DNA of 64,000 nucleotides from Candidatus Bathyarchaeia archaeon (GTDB lineage: Archaea > Thermoproteota > Bathyarchaeia > Bathyarchaeales > Bathycorpusculaceae), in NCBI GenBank assembly GCA_050012755.1, contig JBEKGO010000001.1:1-64000 (forward strand). The letters run 5' to 3'. A program made the translations under genes and the position numbers. Below, in pieces: positions 49,978-59,802 of this stretch (within the stretch, counting starts at the first letter, position 1; each line of letters opens with the position of its first letter). The notes below the pieces were generated by a model. That model searched no databases, had not been told where the DNA came from, and was given only the letters and a program-made list of their open reading frames with translations.

Positions 49978-51501
49978 ATAACAATCCTCTTAATTGAAGA
50001 CAACGCCGGCGACGCCAGACTCATCCAAGAGATGCTGACTGAAGAGAAATTTTCTACGAGTAATATTGAGCGCGTCGACAGACTTTCAAAAGGACTAGCT
50101 CGTTTGGCAGCATCCGGCATAGACGCTGTTCTGCTTGACCTTGGATTGCCTGACAGTCAAGGTCTAAATTCTTTTGAGAAAATACACACAGCAGCAAAAA
50201 AGGTGCCTATCCTAATTTTAACTGCATTCAATGATGACGCAACCGCTTTAGAAGCAGTTCGAAGAGGCGCACAAGATTATCTGATCAAAGGAAAATTTGA
50301 TCCAACTTCGCTAGTTCGAGCCATAACCTATGCGATTGAACGTAAAAAACTGGAAGAAAAAGTAGAAAAGAGCATGCTTTCATTGAGGGCAAGTGAAAAA
50401 AGATATCGAACATTGTTTGACTCGATTGATGAAGGCTTCTGTATTATAGAGCTGGTTTTTGATGCGAATGGCAAACCTTTGGACTATCGTTTTCTAGAAA
50501 TCAATGCATCTTTTGAGAAACAGACAGGATTGCATGAGGCAGAAGGCAAACTAATGCGCACTCTTGTTCCGAATCATGAGTCAAACTGGTTTGAGATTTA
50601 CGGTAAGGTTGCCATGACAGGGGAACCAGTGCGATTTACGAATGAAGCAAAAGCGTTGAATCGTTGGTATGATGTTTTTGCATTTCCAGTCGGTGAAGAA
50701 AAACCCCGAAAAGTAGGTATCCTATTTAATGATATTACTCAGCACAGAAATCTTGAAAAGCAGCTTCAAGATTCTGAACGTTTAGCGGCTATTGGCGCTA
50801 CGGCGGGAATGGTTGGCCATGACATCCGGAATCCCTTGCAAGCTATCATCGGCGAACTGTTCTTATCAAAAAAAGAAATAGAGGATTTATCGGAGGGCGA
50901 AGCAAAAAAGTACCTCCAAGAAAGCATACAATCAATTGAAGATAATGCATTTTACATTAACAAGATTGTTACCGATCTTCAAGACTATGCAAAACCTTTG
51001 GCTCCTTCTATTGAGGAAACTGACCTAACAAAAATTGTTGATGATGTTTTTTCAAACTTAAAAATTCCTGAGAACATTAATGTCTCCTATTCTGTTGAAC
51101 CATGTTTTAGTAAATTAAAGACTGATCCTGCAGCGATGAAGAGAATTCTAACAAATTTGGCTTCAAATGCAGTTCAAGCCATGCCAAAAGGTGGAAAGCT
51201 AACCCTTGAAGCTGCAAAGAATAACCATAAGTTAGTGATAAGTATCCAAGATACTGGCGTGGGTATACCTGAGGAATCAAAAGACAAACTTTTCAAGCCC
51301 TTGTTTACAACTAAAGCGAAAGGGCAAGGTTTCGGTTTAGCAGTGGTCAAAAAGCTGACTGAAGCATTAAATGGTAAGGTAAGCGTTGAAAGCCAGGTTG
51401 GAAAAGGCACAAGGTTTATCATTGAATTCCCTCTTGAAAAAACTACTGCCCCAATTACTCATATTTCACATGGGGAATCCGTAGTCCACAACTCTGCATA
51501 G
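49978..51501 (+). CDS. REC-PAS-histidine kinase hybrid
   Basis: ITILLIEDN lies upstream of the first ATG (50032); LLDLGLPD, GHDIRNPL and HATPase boxes. Start uncertain. Confidence 0.85.
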   Translation: MTILLIEDNAGDARLIQEMLTEEKFSTSNIERVDRLSKGLARLAASGIDAVLLDLGLPDSQGLNSFEKIHTAAKKVPILILTAFNDDATALEAVRRGAQDYLIKGKFDPTSLVRAITYAIERKKLEEKVEKSMLSLRASEKRYRTLFDSIDEGFCIIELVFDANGKPLDYRFLEINASFEKQTGLHEAEGKLMRTLVPNHESNWFEIYGKVAMTGEPVRFTNEAKALNRWYDVFAFPVGEEKPRKVGILFNDITQHRNLEKQLQDSERLAAIGATAGMVGHDIRNPLQAIIGELFLSKKEIEDLSEGEAKKYLQESIQSIEDNAFYINKIVTDLQDYAKPLAPSIEETDLTKIVDDVFSNLKIPENINVSYSVEPCFSKLKTDPAAMKRILTNLASNAVQAMPKGGKLTLEAAKNNHKLVISIQDTGVGIPEESKDKLFKPLFTTKAKGQGFGLAVVKKLTEALNGKVSVESQVGKGTRFIIEFPLEKTTAPITHISHGESVVHNSA

Positions 51502-51898
51502 GGAAATCAAGAGCATGCTGATTTAAACTTGTTATTGTGATTGTACAATCACATCATTATTTATCATACAAGAAGCATTAATAGTAGAACGCGCAGAAGG
51601 ACGAGCCAAAGCGTGAAATAAACGGATAACTTGGATGCAGGCGAATGATTCCCCCTCTCTCTTCCGAATTTTTTTGTCTGCATCTAAGTTAATCTGTTTC
51701 TCTTAACTCGCTAATTTCAATAAAATTCAATGGTAATTTGATTTTTCTTATGTACAAATTTCAAGGTTTCAATATATGTCAACATAGTTTCATGTACCGG
51801 GGGGTCTACCCAGGTTTTTTGAGGGTTTTCATTCTTAATCAAATGACTGGTGTTAATTTTAATAAGTGTCTTAATCAGTATTTCTCTGAGCGAAAAAC

Positions 51899-53680
51899 AT
51901 GGATTACGCCGTTATAGCTGATGCCTACGAGAAAATTGAAGCAACATCAAAAAGGCTGGAAATGACCGATTTGCTCGTAGAGTTGCTAAAGAAAACCCCT
52001 AAAGAGGTCATGGCGAAGGTTGTTTATTTGACGCAGGGCAAATTGTACCCAGACTTTATGGGCGTTGAGATGGGTATTGCCGAAAAATTAGCTATAAAAG
52101 CCTTAGCCCGAGCATCAGGACAAAGTGAAAGCTTAATTTTGTCTGAACTGCAAAAAAGCGGCGACATCGGCCAAACATCAGAGAAACTCTTGGCTAAACG
52201 CAAACAATCCACCTTCTTTACAAAAAAGCTTACAGTCGAGCACGTTTATGAAACGCTAGATAAAATGGCTAAAACCTCTGGTTCTGGCGCCGTCGACACC
52301 AAAATGGTGTTGCTCTGCAGCCTTCTAACCGATGCTTCTCCAAACGAGGCAAAATGGATAATTCGCACCGTAACAGCCAACCTACGACTTGGCATAGCAG
52401 ATATGACGGTTCTTGACGCATTAGCAATAGCATACGCCGGCGGAAAAGAAGCCCGCAACCTCGTTGAACGCGCGTATAGCATTTCTTCTGACCTTGGCCG
52501 CGTTGCCGATGTGGTTGTCGAGAAAGGGCTGGATGGAATAAAAAACTTCCAAGTTGTAGTTTTTGAGCCAATACGGCCCATGTTGGCTGAGCGTTTAGCT
52601 TCGCCTGAAGAGATTTTGGAGAAATTCGGCGGCAAATGCGTAGCTGAATACAAGTATGATGGGGAACGGGTTCAGGCGCATAAGAAAGATGGCAAAGTAG
52701 TTCTTTTTTCGCGTCGTTTAGAAAATATTTCTAGCCAATATCCTGATGCGGTGGAGTTGGTTAAGGAAAAAATTGATGCGAAAGAAGCCATTTTGGAAGC
52801 TGAATGTGTCGCGATGGATTTAGAAACTGGCGATATGCGTCCATTTCAAGAGTTGATGCATCGCAGACGCAAATATGGCGTCGAAGAAGCCATAGCGCAA
52901 TACCCCATTTCCCTTTTCCCCTTTGACCTGCTCTACGTTGATGGTAAAGACTTAACCCTTGAACCGCTACCCAAGAGACGCAAAGAACTTCAACGAATCG
53001 TAAAGCAAACCGACCGCGTAACCCCAGCAATCCAAAAACTAGTCAAGAGTCCCAAAGAGCTTGAGGACTTCTTTGAAGAAGCCATAGAGAAAGGCTGCGA
53101 AGGATTAATGTGCAAATCCGTCTCCAAAGACTCAGTTTACCAAGCAGGCAGCCGAGGGTGGCTTTGGATAAAATACAAACGCGACTACAAAAGCGAAATG
53201 ACAGACACCGTCGATCTTGTGGTTGTTGGGGCTTTCTATGGCAGAGGAAAACGTGTGGGAACATATGGCGCATTGCTGTTAGCCACTTACAACGATGAAA
53301 AAGACACATTTGAAACAGTTACTAAATGCGGCACCGGCTTCACAGACAAAGACTTGGCAACTCTGCATGAAACCCTTCAGAAACATATAGTTCCCAAAAA
53401 GAACTCCCGAGTGGTTTCAATGTTGCAGGCAGATGTTTGGTTTGAACCTAGCTTGGTGCTTGAGATTTTAGGCGCGGAAATCACCCTGAGCCCCATTCAC
53501 CCCTGCGCTATGGATTCAATACGAAAAGGAAGCGGTTTAGCAATTCGTTTTCCACGTTTCACAGGCAAATACCGAACAGACAAAAGCCCCGAAGACGCCA
53601 CCACTTCAAAAGAAATTGTCGAGATGTATCGGGGTCAATTGAAAAAAATCAGTGAGCCTCAGACGTCACAGAAAAGCTAA
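51899..53680 (+). CDS. lig: ATP-dependent DNA ligase
   Basis: EYKYDGER, EGLMCK, WIKYK, RFPRF, R.DK. Confidence 0.97.
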   Translation: MDYAVIADAYEKIEATSKRLEMTDLLVELLKKTPKEVMAKVVYLTQGKLYPDFMGVEMGIAEKLAIKALARASGQSESLILSELQKSGDIGQTSEKLLAKRKQSTFFTKKLTVEHVYETLDKMAKTSGSGAVDTKMVLLCSLLTDASPNEAKWIIRTVTANLRLGIADMTVLDALAIAYAGGKEARNLVERAYSISSDLGRVADVVVEKGLDGIKNFQVVVFEPIRPMLAERLASPEEILEKFGGKCVAEYKYDGERVQAHKKDGKVVLFSRRLENISSQYPDAVELVKEKIDAKEAILEAECVAMDLETGDMRPFQELMHRRRKYGVEEAIAQYPISLFPFDLLYVDGKDLTLEPLPKRRKELQRIVKQTDRVTPAIQKLVKSPKELEDFFEEAIEKGCEGLMCKSVSKDSVYQAGSRGWLWIKYKRDYKSEMTDTVDLVVVGAFYGRGKRVGTYGALLLATYNDEKDTFETVTKCGTGFTDKDLATLHETLQKHIVPKKNSRVVSMLQADVWFEPSLVLEILGAEITLSPIHPCAMDSIRKGSGLAIRFPRFTGKYRTDKSPEDATTSKEIVEMYRGQLKKISEPQTSQKS

Positions 53681-53727
53681 AACTGATAAGCATCAACCAC
53701 TAAAATATGGAGCAGACGTGAACTGCG

Positions 53728-54348
53728 TTGTCTCAAGACACAGAAAAAATGAAATCTCTTATTGCATTCAAGAAGCGAATGGAAGAGCAACTGGAAAAAC
53801 TCGACGCTGAAACAAAAGAGGTTCAAGCTGCCTTGGATACGGTTAACAGTATTTTACTTGACAAAGGTTTCAAACGGGGAGACATCAAGGAAGTTCCTGA
53901 GATGCCTGTGCCTAAAGAGGTTGTTTTGCCAAAACAAGAGCCAGAACCACCAACAGTTGTTGTCCAACGCAGTGCATTTTTGCAAACTGAAAAAGAAAGT
54001 GTCATACCCCTAAAAACCATGGCTGATGAGCCGTTGGCATTAATGTATTTTGACAAGCAAGCCATTCATGTGTTGCCAGATGAAAGCAAAAACTTCAGCG
54101 TTAACACTCCGCCTTTCACCAATTTTCTTGTTGAAAAAGTCTTCTCTAAAATGCAGGAAAAAGACGCTGAACTTGTCAAAGCAAAACAGTTAACCACGGA
54201 TAAGATGTTCTCCTTTAACATTGTTCGTGAAGACGACCTGATTAGAGAGATAATAATAAAAAACGTAGATGAAGAACGGTTGAAAGAGCTTAAGTCGAGC
54301 ATCCGCTGGACTTTTGAGAAAATGCATGAAAAAATGAAAAGTGCCTAA
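53728..54348 (+). CDS. Conserved hypothetical protein with N-terminal coiled coil
   Basis: PPF..FLVEKV...ELKSSIRWT; follows the ligase. Confidence 0.65.
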   Translation: MSQDTEKMKSLIAFKKRMEEQLEKLDAETKEVQAALDTVNSILLDKGFKRGDIKEVPEMPVPKEVVLPKQEPEPPTVVVQRSAFLQTEKESVIPLKTMADEPLALMYFDKQAIHVLPDESKNFSVNTPPFTNFLVEKVFSKMQEKDAELVKAKQLTTDKMFSFNIVREDDLIREIIIKNVDEERLKELKSSIRWTFEKMHEKMKSA

Positions 54349-54349
54349 T

Positions 54350-54676
54350 TTACACTGAATGTTTCTTTAGCGTATCAACGATTTTGTTTTTGGGACACAA
54401 ACCTACAAGTCTTTCTGCTTCTTGGCCATTTTTGAAAACAATCATTGTTGGTATGCTGAAAACTTGGAAGCGTTCTGCAGTGGATGGGTTCTCATCAACA
54501 TCTAGTTTGCCAATTAAGATTTTGCCGTTGTACTCTTTTGCTAACTCCACGATTGTGGGAGCTAAAGCTCGACAGGGCCCGCACCAATTAGCCCAAAAAT
54601 CAACGAAAACCAAGTTGTTTTTCTTGATTGTTTCTTCGAAATTTGCGTCTGTTACATGAAAAGGTTCACTGCTCAT
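54350..54676 (-). CDS. trxA: Thioredoxin
   Basis: WCGPC, SIPT. Confidence 0.96.
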   Translation of the reverse strand: MSSEPFHVTDANFEETIKKNNLVFVDFWANWCGPCRALAPTIVELAKEYNGKILIGKLDVDENPSTAERFQVFSIPTMIVFKNGQEAERLVGLCPKNKIVDTLKKHSV

Positions 54677-54870
54677 TCGTACAAACTCCTTTTAACATTA
54701 TTATTCTAAAGATTTGTTTGATATAAACCGTTCGCGAACCTTAGTTTTCATAAAAAGGCAATTAATTCTTTTACGCATATTAAACAGTTAAAGTTGTATG
54801 CTATTAGGTATTTCAAACTGACACATTATTTTGTCAATAATTTGAAAGAATTTGAAGAATAAAAAACGTG

Positions 54871-56124
54871 CTAAACGAGAACAGGAACATTTGGAAACTT
54901 GTTAATTGCGATAACGCCCCACATGTTAACTATAACTCCGAGGATAATGAGTAGTTTATGATACCATTTGAGGTTTGTGCCCATACCTTTGACTGTTAGA
55001 ACGAACAGAAAAGGGTAAAAATCCATTGCATAGCGGTATCCAAATCCCCAGCCTGATAAGCCCTTGGTAAATATAACAAACGCTATGGATATTATGGCAA
55101 GCCAACTCCACCATGTTACTGGGTCTTTTATTTTAGATTTTAAGGCAAAAATGAAGGCCGGTGTTGTGACCCATATTGCTATACCAGTCATTGGAAATTG
55201 GATGAAGGGTGCTTTGGAGGTTAATGTTGGAAACCCAGTTAGAAATGGCCGCAAGTTATCTGTTATATATGAAAGACTGAAAAGTCCATGATTAAACCAT
55301 GGCTCATTTAAGATACCGGGAATCATCCAATAGCCAACATCAAAGATAGATCCAAACCGAACAAAATTATATATCATATCAAAGATTACGAATATACCTG
55401 CGCCAATTGCCAGTTTTGCGAGTGAAGGTAACGCTGCCTTAAACTTGACTTTCCAAGTTGGATTTTGTTGTCTTGAAATAGCTAGTCCTGCGAAAAAGAA
55501 GATGCCCAGAATTGTTGGGAGCCTACACCAGAAAGAAGCCCCTACGAGCAGTCCAACAAGCAATGATCGATTTTTGTTAAATGATTCGTGCAGAGCAAGA
55601 AAGAGGAAAAACGCAGAAATAACTTGGGCAATAAGCCAAACCGAGCCTATGCTTGTGAGATACCAAAAAAGGGTGCTAAAGCCAAACAGCACTGCAAACC
55701 ATACATATGCGCCTTCTTGTTTAAGCTGGGTTTCTATTGGTTTCTTGGTCACATCTTTAGCAACTAGGTATGCTAGGGGGACACTTGCTGCTCCAAAAAA
55801 CAAACCAAATAGAGTCTGGTTTAAATTAACCCCAAAAATGGCAACTAAGGGCGTCATGAGGAAAGCAGGCAACGGAGGGTAAACTACGTAGTACCCAACA
55901 CCTGAAGGATTAGGTATAAGCTCGTTGAGCCAACTAGGATTGGTCAGCAGGTAGAGCCGCCCATGAAGAAATGCATCAGCGAGGCGCACATAATAGTTGT
56001 AGTTTGTAGCGTATCCTGGACCCGTGACCCAGTAAATAATGAAAGCAACTATAAACAAGGTAACAAGTATCAGTACTGTTTTAGTCAAGTAGAAGGGCAG
56101 TTTTCGGTTTATCATGTCTTTCAA
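54871..56124 (-). CDS. Multi-TM GT-C-like membrane protein
   Basis: LADAFLHG, YPPLPA, YN.VRFG, FGYRYAMD. Confidence 0.65.
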   Translation of the reverse strand: MKDMINRKLPFYLTKTVLILVTLFIVAFIIYWVTGPGYATNYNYYVRLADAFLHGRLYLLTNPSWLNELIPNPSGVGYYVVYPPLPAFLMTPLVAIFGVNLNQTLFGLFFGAASVPLAYLVAKDVTKKPIETQLKQEGAYVWFAVLFGFSTLFWYLTSIGSVWLIAQVISAFFLFLALHESFNKNRSLLVGLLVGASFWCRLPTILGIFFFAGLAISRQQNPTWKVKFKAALPSLAKLAIGAGIFVIFDMIYNFVRFGSIFDVGYWMIPGILNEPWFNHGLFSLSYITDNLRPFLTGFPTLTSKAPFIQFPMTGIAIWVTTPAFIFALKSKIKDPVTWWSWLAIISIAFVIFTKGLSGWGFGYRYAMDFYPFLFVLTVKGMGTNLKWYHKLLIILGVIVNMWGVIAINKFPNVPVLV

Positions 56125-56263
56125 GTTGCTATTTTGTGGTGAACAATTTAAAAGTTCTCAAAACTAAATTATAATTCACCTGAAAAAGTGAATTGCTGAA
56201 TTTAGCGGAACAAATTAGGCTTCTTTTAACTTTGCCAAAAAAAGACTTAAGCTTTAATGAATC

Positions 56264-56695
56264 TTATTTGCAGGGCTTCATTTTTTCCAGCAAAGTCTTG
56301 AATGCTGTGTAAGAATCCTTTGGCTCAGAGATTTCAGCAGCGGCTTTTTCAAAGGGGCACACGCCTGTTTTATTTAAATCTAAAACATTTTCCACTAACT
56401 GTTGGCATTCGCAGGCTACCTTGTTCTTTTCGAAAAGTGCTTTGGCTTTTTTGCTTAAAACTTCTGCGTAAACCTCGCGTATCCCAGCGTAAATGCATAG
56501 GAGCGCCAATGCTTTGCCAACTACCCGATCCGCAACTGAAGCGCCGTTCAGTTGCATGCCTAAAGTGTCGATAGCACTTATGAAACCTGAGATTCTATGC
56601 GAATCTGTTTGAAAAAGCACTCGATTGTTCTTTACTATGGCAAGCGTTAACTGCTTACTATAGAGCTGTTTCTTGGCGATTTCGAGGTCTTGCAT
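56264..56695 (-). CDS. DUF1893 (TM1506-like) protein
   Basis: VADRVVGKA, CPFE. Confidence 0.85.
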   Translation of the reverse strand: MQDLEIAKKQLYSKQLTLAIVKNNRVLFQTDSHRISGFISAIDTLGMQLNGASVADRVVGKALALLCIYAGIREVYAEVLSKKAKALFEKNKVACECQQLVENVLDLNKTGVCPFEKAAAEISEPKDSYTAFKTLLEKMKPCK

Positions 56696-56748
56696 GATTC
56701 TTCACCAATTTGAAGGCTGGGCAGCTATAAACACTATTGGTTTTTGAA

Positions 56749-57192
56749 CTATTCAACGGTGATTTTGAAAAGTTGGTTCTCAGGCACTTCGGCAAGTTCC
56801 CAAGCATACGCTTCGCTTAGTTTATCTTCTTTTTTCCTCTCTTCAAGTATTTCTCTAAAATGTTTAGTAAGTGCTATTTTCACAATTTTTCTGGGCTCTT
56901 CAACTACAAAAGTTCCTTGAATAGTTTTTGAGTTTTTGAATTGAAGACGTTGATTGCCAATTGTGCATGTTGTGGCAACTTGTATGCCGTCAAGTAAACA
57001 GGAAAACGGCGGGTATAATGGCACAGCAACTTCTGCCCTTAAATGTGCTAATTCTGCGTCGGGAATGTTTAGGGCTTTTTTGGCTGCAGCACCCATTTTT
57101 AAGCCTATAACTAAGTATGGTCCAACATGCCCATGAAGTTGACGGGCGAATTCAATGATTGCTGTTTGTTCAGTTGGCATAGTTATCGCCAT
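56749..57192 (-). CDS. FmdE/FwdE-like metal-binding protein
   Basis: HGHVGP..VIG, C.LDGIQV.T.CTIGN. Confidence 0.85.
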   Translation of the reverse strand: MAITMPTEQTAIIEFARQLHGHVGPYLVIGLKMGAAAKKALNIPDAELAHLRAEVAVPLYPPFSCLLDGIQVATTCTIGNQRLQFKNSKTIQGTFVVEEPRKIVKIALTKHFREILEERKKEDKLSEAYAWELAEVPENQLFKITVE

Positions 57193-57193
57193 C

Positions 57194-58273
57194 TTAGTTA
57201 GTGTTTGCGTTTATTGAGGGTTGCTGTATATTCTTAAAGGGATCAAGTTTGTCATATTTCTTGTGGCGCCAGTAACCAAAGGAGATCAGCCAAGAAACAA
57301 CAAAGATACCTATTATTCCAAAACCCACCATTTCAAAATTAAGCGTGTTAAGCCAAGCCCAAAACAGTCCACTCAGGTTTAATTCACTTGAAAGCACTTG
57401 CAGAAGCTCTAATGTGCCAATTGCCCATGCAACAAGCACAGAAATTACAGTGACTGTCAAGTTATAGTAAATTTTTCTGATCGGGTTTAGGAACGCCCAG
57501 CCATAAGCCATGCGCATTGCAACACCATCAGCAGTGTCCACTGTGACCATGCCACAAGTAAACAATAATGGCAAAATAAGAACATAGTAAAGTGGAATAC
57601 CTGTGGAAACGCCGATTCCAACGCTAATCGCGATAAGAGCAATTTCGCTTGCAGTATCAAACCCTAAACCGAAGAGCACGCCAACAGGATAAATGTGCCA
57701 TGGTTTGCTTATGAGCTTGAATAGTGGGCGGAAGAAGCGGTTCATGAAGCCTCGGTTTTGAAGGAGATTTTCGAGTTCATCTGGATTCATTTTTCCTTGT
57801 TTTAGGGTTTGAAAAATTTTGTATAAACCGATGACTATCACGGCGTTGATGAAGCCGATTATCCAAAGGAAACTACCTGACACTAAGGTTCCGATTACTG
57901 CTCCTGCATTTTGAAGCGCAGGAATGTTAGCCGCGACTGTTCTTGTGGCAAAAATTAAACCGATAATGAGAGCAACTACCACTGTCGAGTGACCTAGAGA
58001 GAACCACATTCCTACTGTGTATGGGCGTTTTCCTTCTTGCATTAGTTTTCTTGTTGTATTGTCGATAGCTGCTATGTGGTCCGCGTCTACTCCGTGGCGC
58101 AAGCCAAAGACGTAGGCTACTATGCCTAAGCCGCCGAGGACAACGGCGATTTTTCCTATTACAAATGCCGCGGAGAAACCGACTGCGGTGATGGTTAGTA
58201 GTGTTGTGAAGATTATGGCTATTTTTATTTTTTCGTTGCGTGAAAGGCTGTAGGTTGCAGGTTTTGCCGTCAT
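57194..58273 (-). CDS. HoxN/NixA high-affinity nickel/cobalt transporter (NiCoT)
   Basis: GLRHGVDADHIAAID, FSLGHS, GLGFDTASE; start set at MTAKP. Confidence 0.93.
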   Translation of the reverse strand: MTAKPATYSLSRNEKIKIAIIFTTLLTITAVGFSAAFVIGKIAVVLGGLGIVAYVFGLRHGVDADHIAAIDNTTRKLMQEGKRPYTVGMWFSLGHSTVVVALIIGLIFATRTVAANIPALQNAGAVIGTLVSGSFLWIIGFINAVIVIGLYKIFQTLKQGKMNPDELENLLQNRGFMNRFFRPLFKLISKPWHIYPVGVLFGLGFDTASEIALIAISVGIGVSTGIPLYYVLILPLLFTCGMVTVDTADGVAMRMAYGWAFLNPIRKIYYNLTVTVISVLVAWAIGTLELLQVLSSELNLSGLFWAWLNTLNFEMVGFGIIGIFVVSWLISFGYWRHKKYDKLDPFKNIQQPSINANTN

Positions 58274-58275
58274 GC

Positions 58276-58303
58276 GTAACACTTTTTTTGGTTTTAGTGT
58301 TAC
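58276..58303. promoter_or_regulatory. Putative NikR operator
   Basis: GTAACA-N16-TGTTAC palindrome between the TATA box and the transporter ATG; same 6-16-6 layout as E. coli NikR sites. Confidence 0.8.
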
Positions 58304-58354
58304 TGAACATATAAAAGCTTTTAGGTGCAACAAACACTTTTTAATTGACCATAA

Positions 58355-58762
58355 ATGTCAAAAGTCATCCGCATAGGCGTGACATTCCCGCCTGAACTTC
58401 TCAAAGACTTCGACGAAATCATTAACAAAATGGGTTACGAAAGCCGCAGCAAAGCCATCCAAGACGCAGTAAGGCTCTATGTTTCTGACCAAAAATGGAT
58501 AAAAGAAGAAAACACAATCCAAACAGGTGTAATACTCATGGTTTATGACCATGACGCGAAAGGACTGGAAAGCGAACTAACCGAAACCCAACACGAACAC
58601 TCCTCAATCATCACATCAACACTGCACATTCACATCAGCGAACGGGACTGCTTAGAAGCCATAGCGGTAAAGGGTAAAGCCTCGGAAATACACCATTTAA
58701 GCGATGAATTAACAACTAGAAGAGGAGTAAAAATTCTCAAAACAACAATAGTAACTGTTTAA
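58355..58762 (+). CDS. nikR: Nickel-responsive regulator
   Basis: RHH (RIGVT..SRSKAI), QH, HIH, CLE. Confidence 0.93.
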   Translation: MSKVIRIGVTFPPELLKDFDEIINKMGYESRSKAIQDAVRLYVSDQKWIKEENTIQTGVILMVYDHDAKGLESELTETQHEHSSIITSTLHIHISERDCLEAIAVKGKASEIHHLSDELTTRRGVKILKTTIVTV

Positions 58763-59664
58763 ACCTCAAACATACGTTCAAGCGAAGCACGAGCTTTCTT
58801 GGCGACTGCATCAGGAACTTTTACAACGTTCTTTTCTTCTTTTAGTGCTGTGTAGAGCCTGTCAAGTGTCGTGAGCTTCATGTTTGGGCATATTGCGCCT
58901 TCATAGGCTAAATAGAAGTTTTTTTCTGGGTTCTCTTTCCGTAGGCGGCGCAAGAGACCCTCTTCTGTGCCAACTATGAAGTTTTTGGCTTTAGATTCTT
59001 TTGCGAAACGGCACATTTTGGATGTGCTACCTATGTAGTCGGCAACTTTGCGCATTTCTGCACTGCATTCAGGATGAACCATGACAGTCGCGTCAGGATA
59101 TTGCATTTTAAGCACGGTTACGTCCTCAGGCTGAAAGAGCAGATGTGTCGGGCAGAACCCGTTTTCAGGAATAGGAATCAGTGTTTTTCCAGTTTTTTCA
59201 GAAACATATTCCGCAAGGTTCTTGTCTGGACCAAACAATATTGTATCAGCATCAAGCGATTTTATAACTTCCACGGCGTTCGCACTTGTGCAGCAAACAT
59301 CACAGTGCGCTTTGCATGAAGCCAAAGTGTTGACATACAACACTACTGGAGCTTTTGGGTACTTGGATTTAGCCCGTTTTATTTCATCAACGGTGAGCAT
59401 CTGAGCCATTGGGCAACGTGCACCTAAACAAGGCAAAAGAACTTTCTTGTCTGGATTCAATATTGCCGCGGACTCTGCCATAAAATCTACCGCTGAGAAA
59501 ACTATCATTTCAGCGTCTTTTTCTTGGGCTGCTTTACGACTCAACTCGATACTATCGCCCACGTAGTCGGCTATGTCTTGGATTTCTGACCGCTGGTAAT
59601 TATGAGCTAAAATGACAGCTTTTTTTTCTTTCTTGAGCCTAAGGATTTTTTCGGATAAATCCAT
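58759..59664 (-). CDS. nadA: Quinolinate synthase
   Basis: LAHNYQ, FMAE, CPMA, YVN, HPEC, CPNMK. Confidence 0.96.
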   Translation of the reverse strand: MDLSEKILRLKKEKKAVILAHNYQRSEIQDIADYVGDSIELSRKAAQEKDAEMIVFSAVDFMAESAAILNPDKKVLLPCLGARCPMAQMLTVDEIKRAKSKYPKAPVVLYVNTLASCKAHCDVCCTSANAVEVIKSLDADTILFGPDKNLAEYVSEKTGKTLIPIPENGFCPTHLLFQPEDVTVLKMQYPDATVMVHPECSAEMRKVADYIGSTSKMCRFAKESKAKNFIVGTEEGLLRRLRKENPEKNFYLAYEGAICPNMKLTTLDRLYTALKEEKNVVKVPDAVAKKARASLERMFEV

Positions 59665-59802
59665 ATTTTCGCCAAGTACGTCTTAAGTTGAAAATTAAAG
59701 AGGACAGGTCAAGAGATATATGCTTTTACTTTTATCTCTTGAGGTTTAAACCTAAAAACATAGAGAAATTCGCCCCTTTCCTTTGATTTACGCAGTTTAA
59801 GC

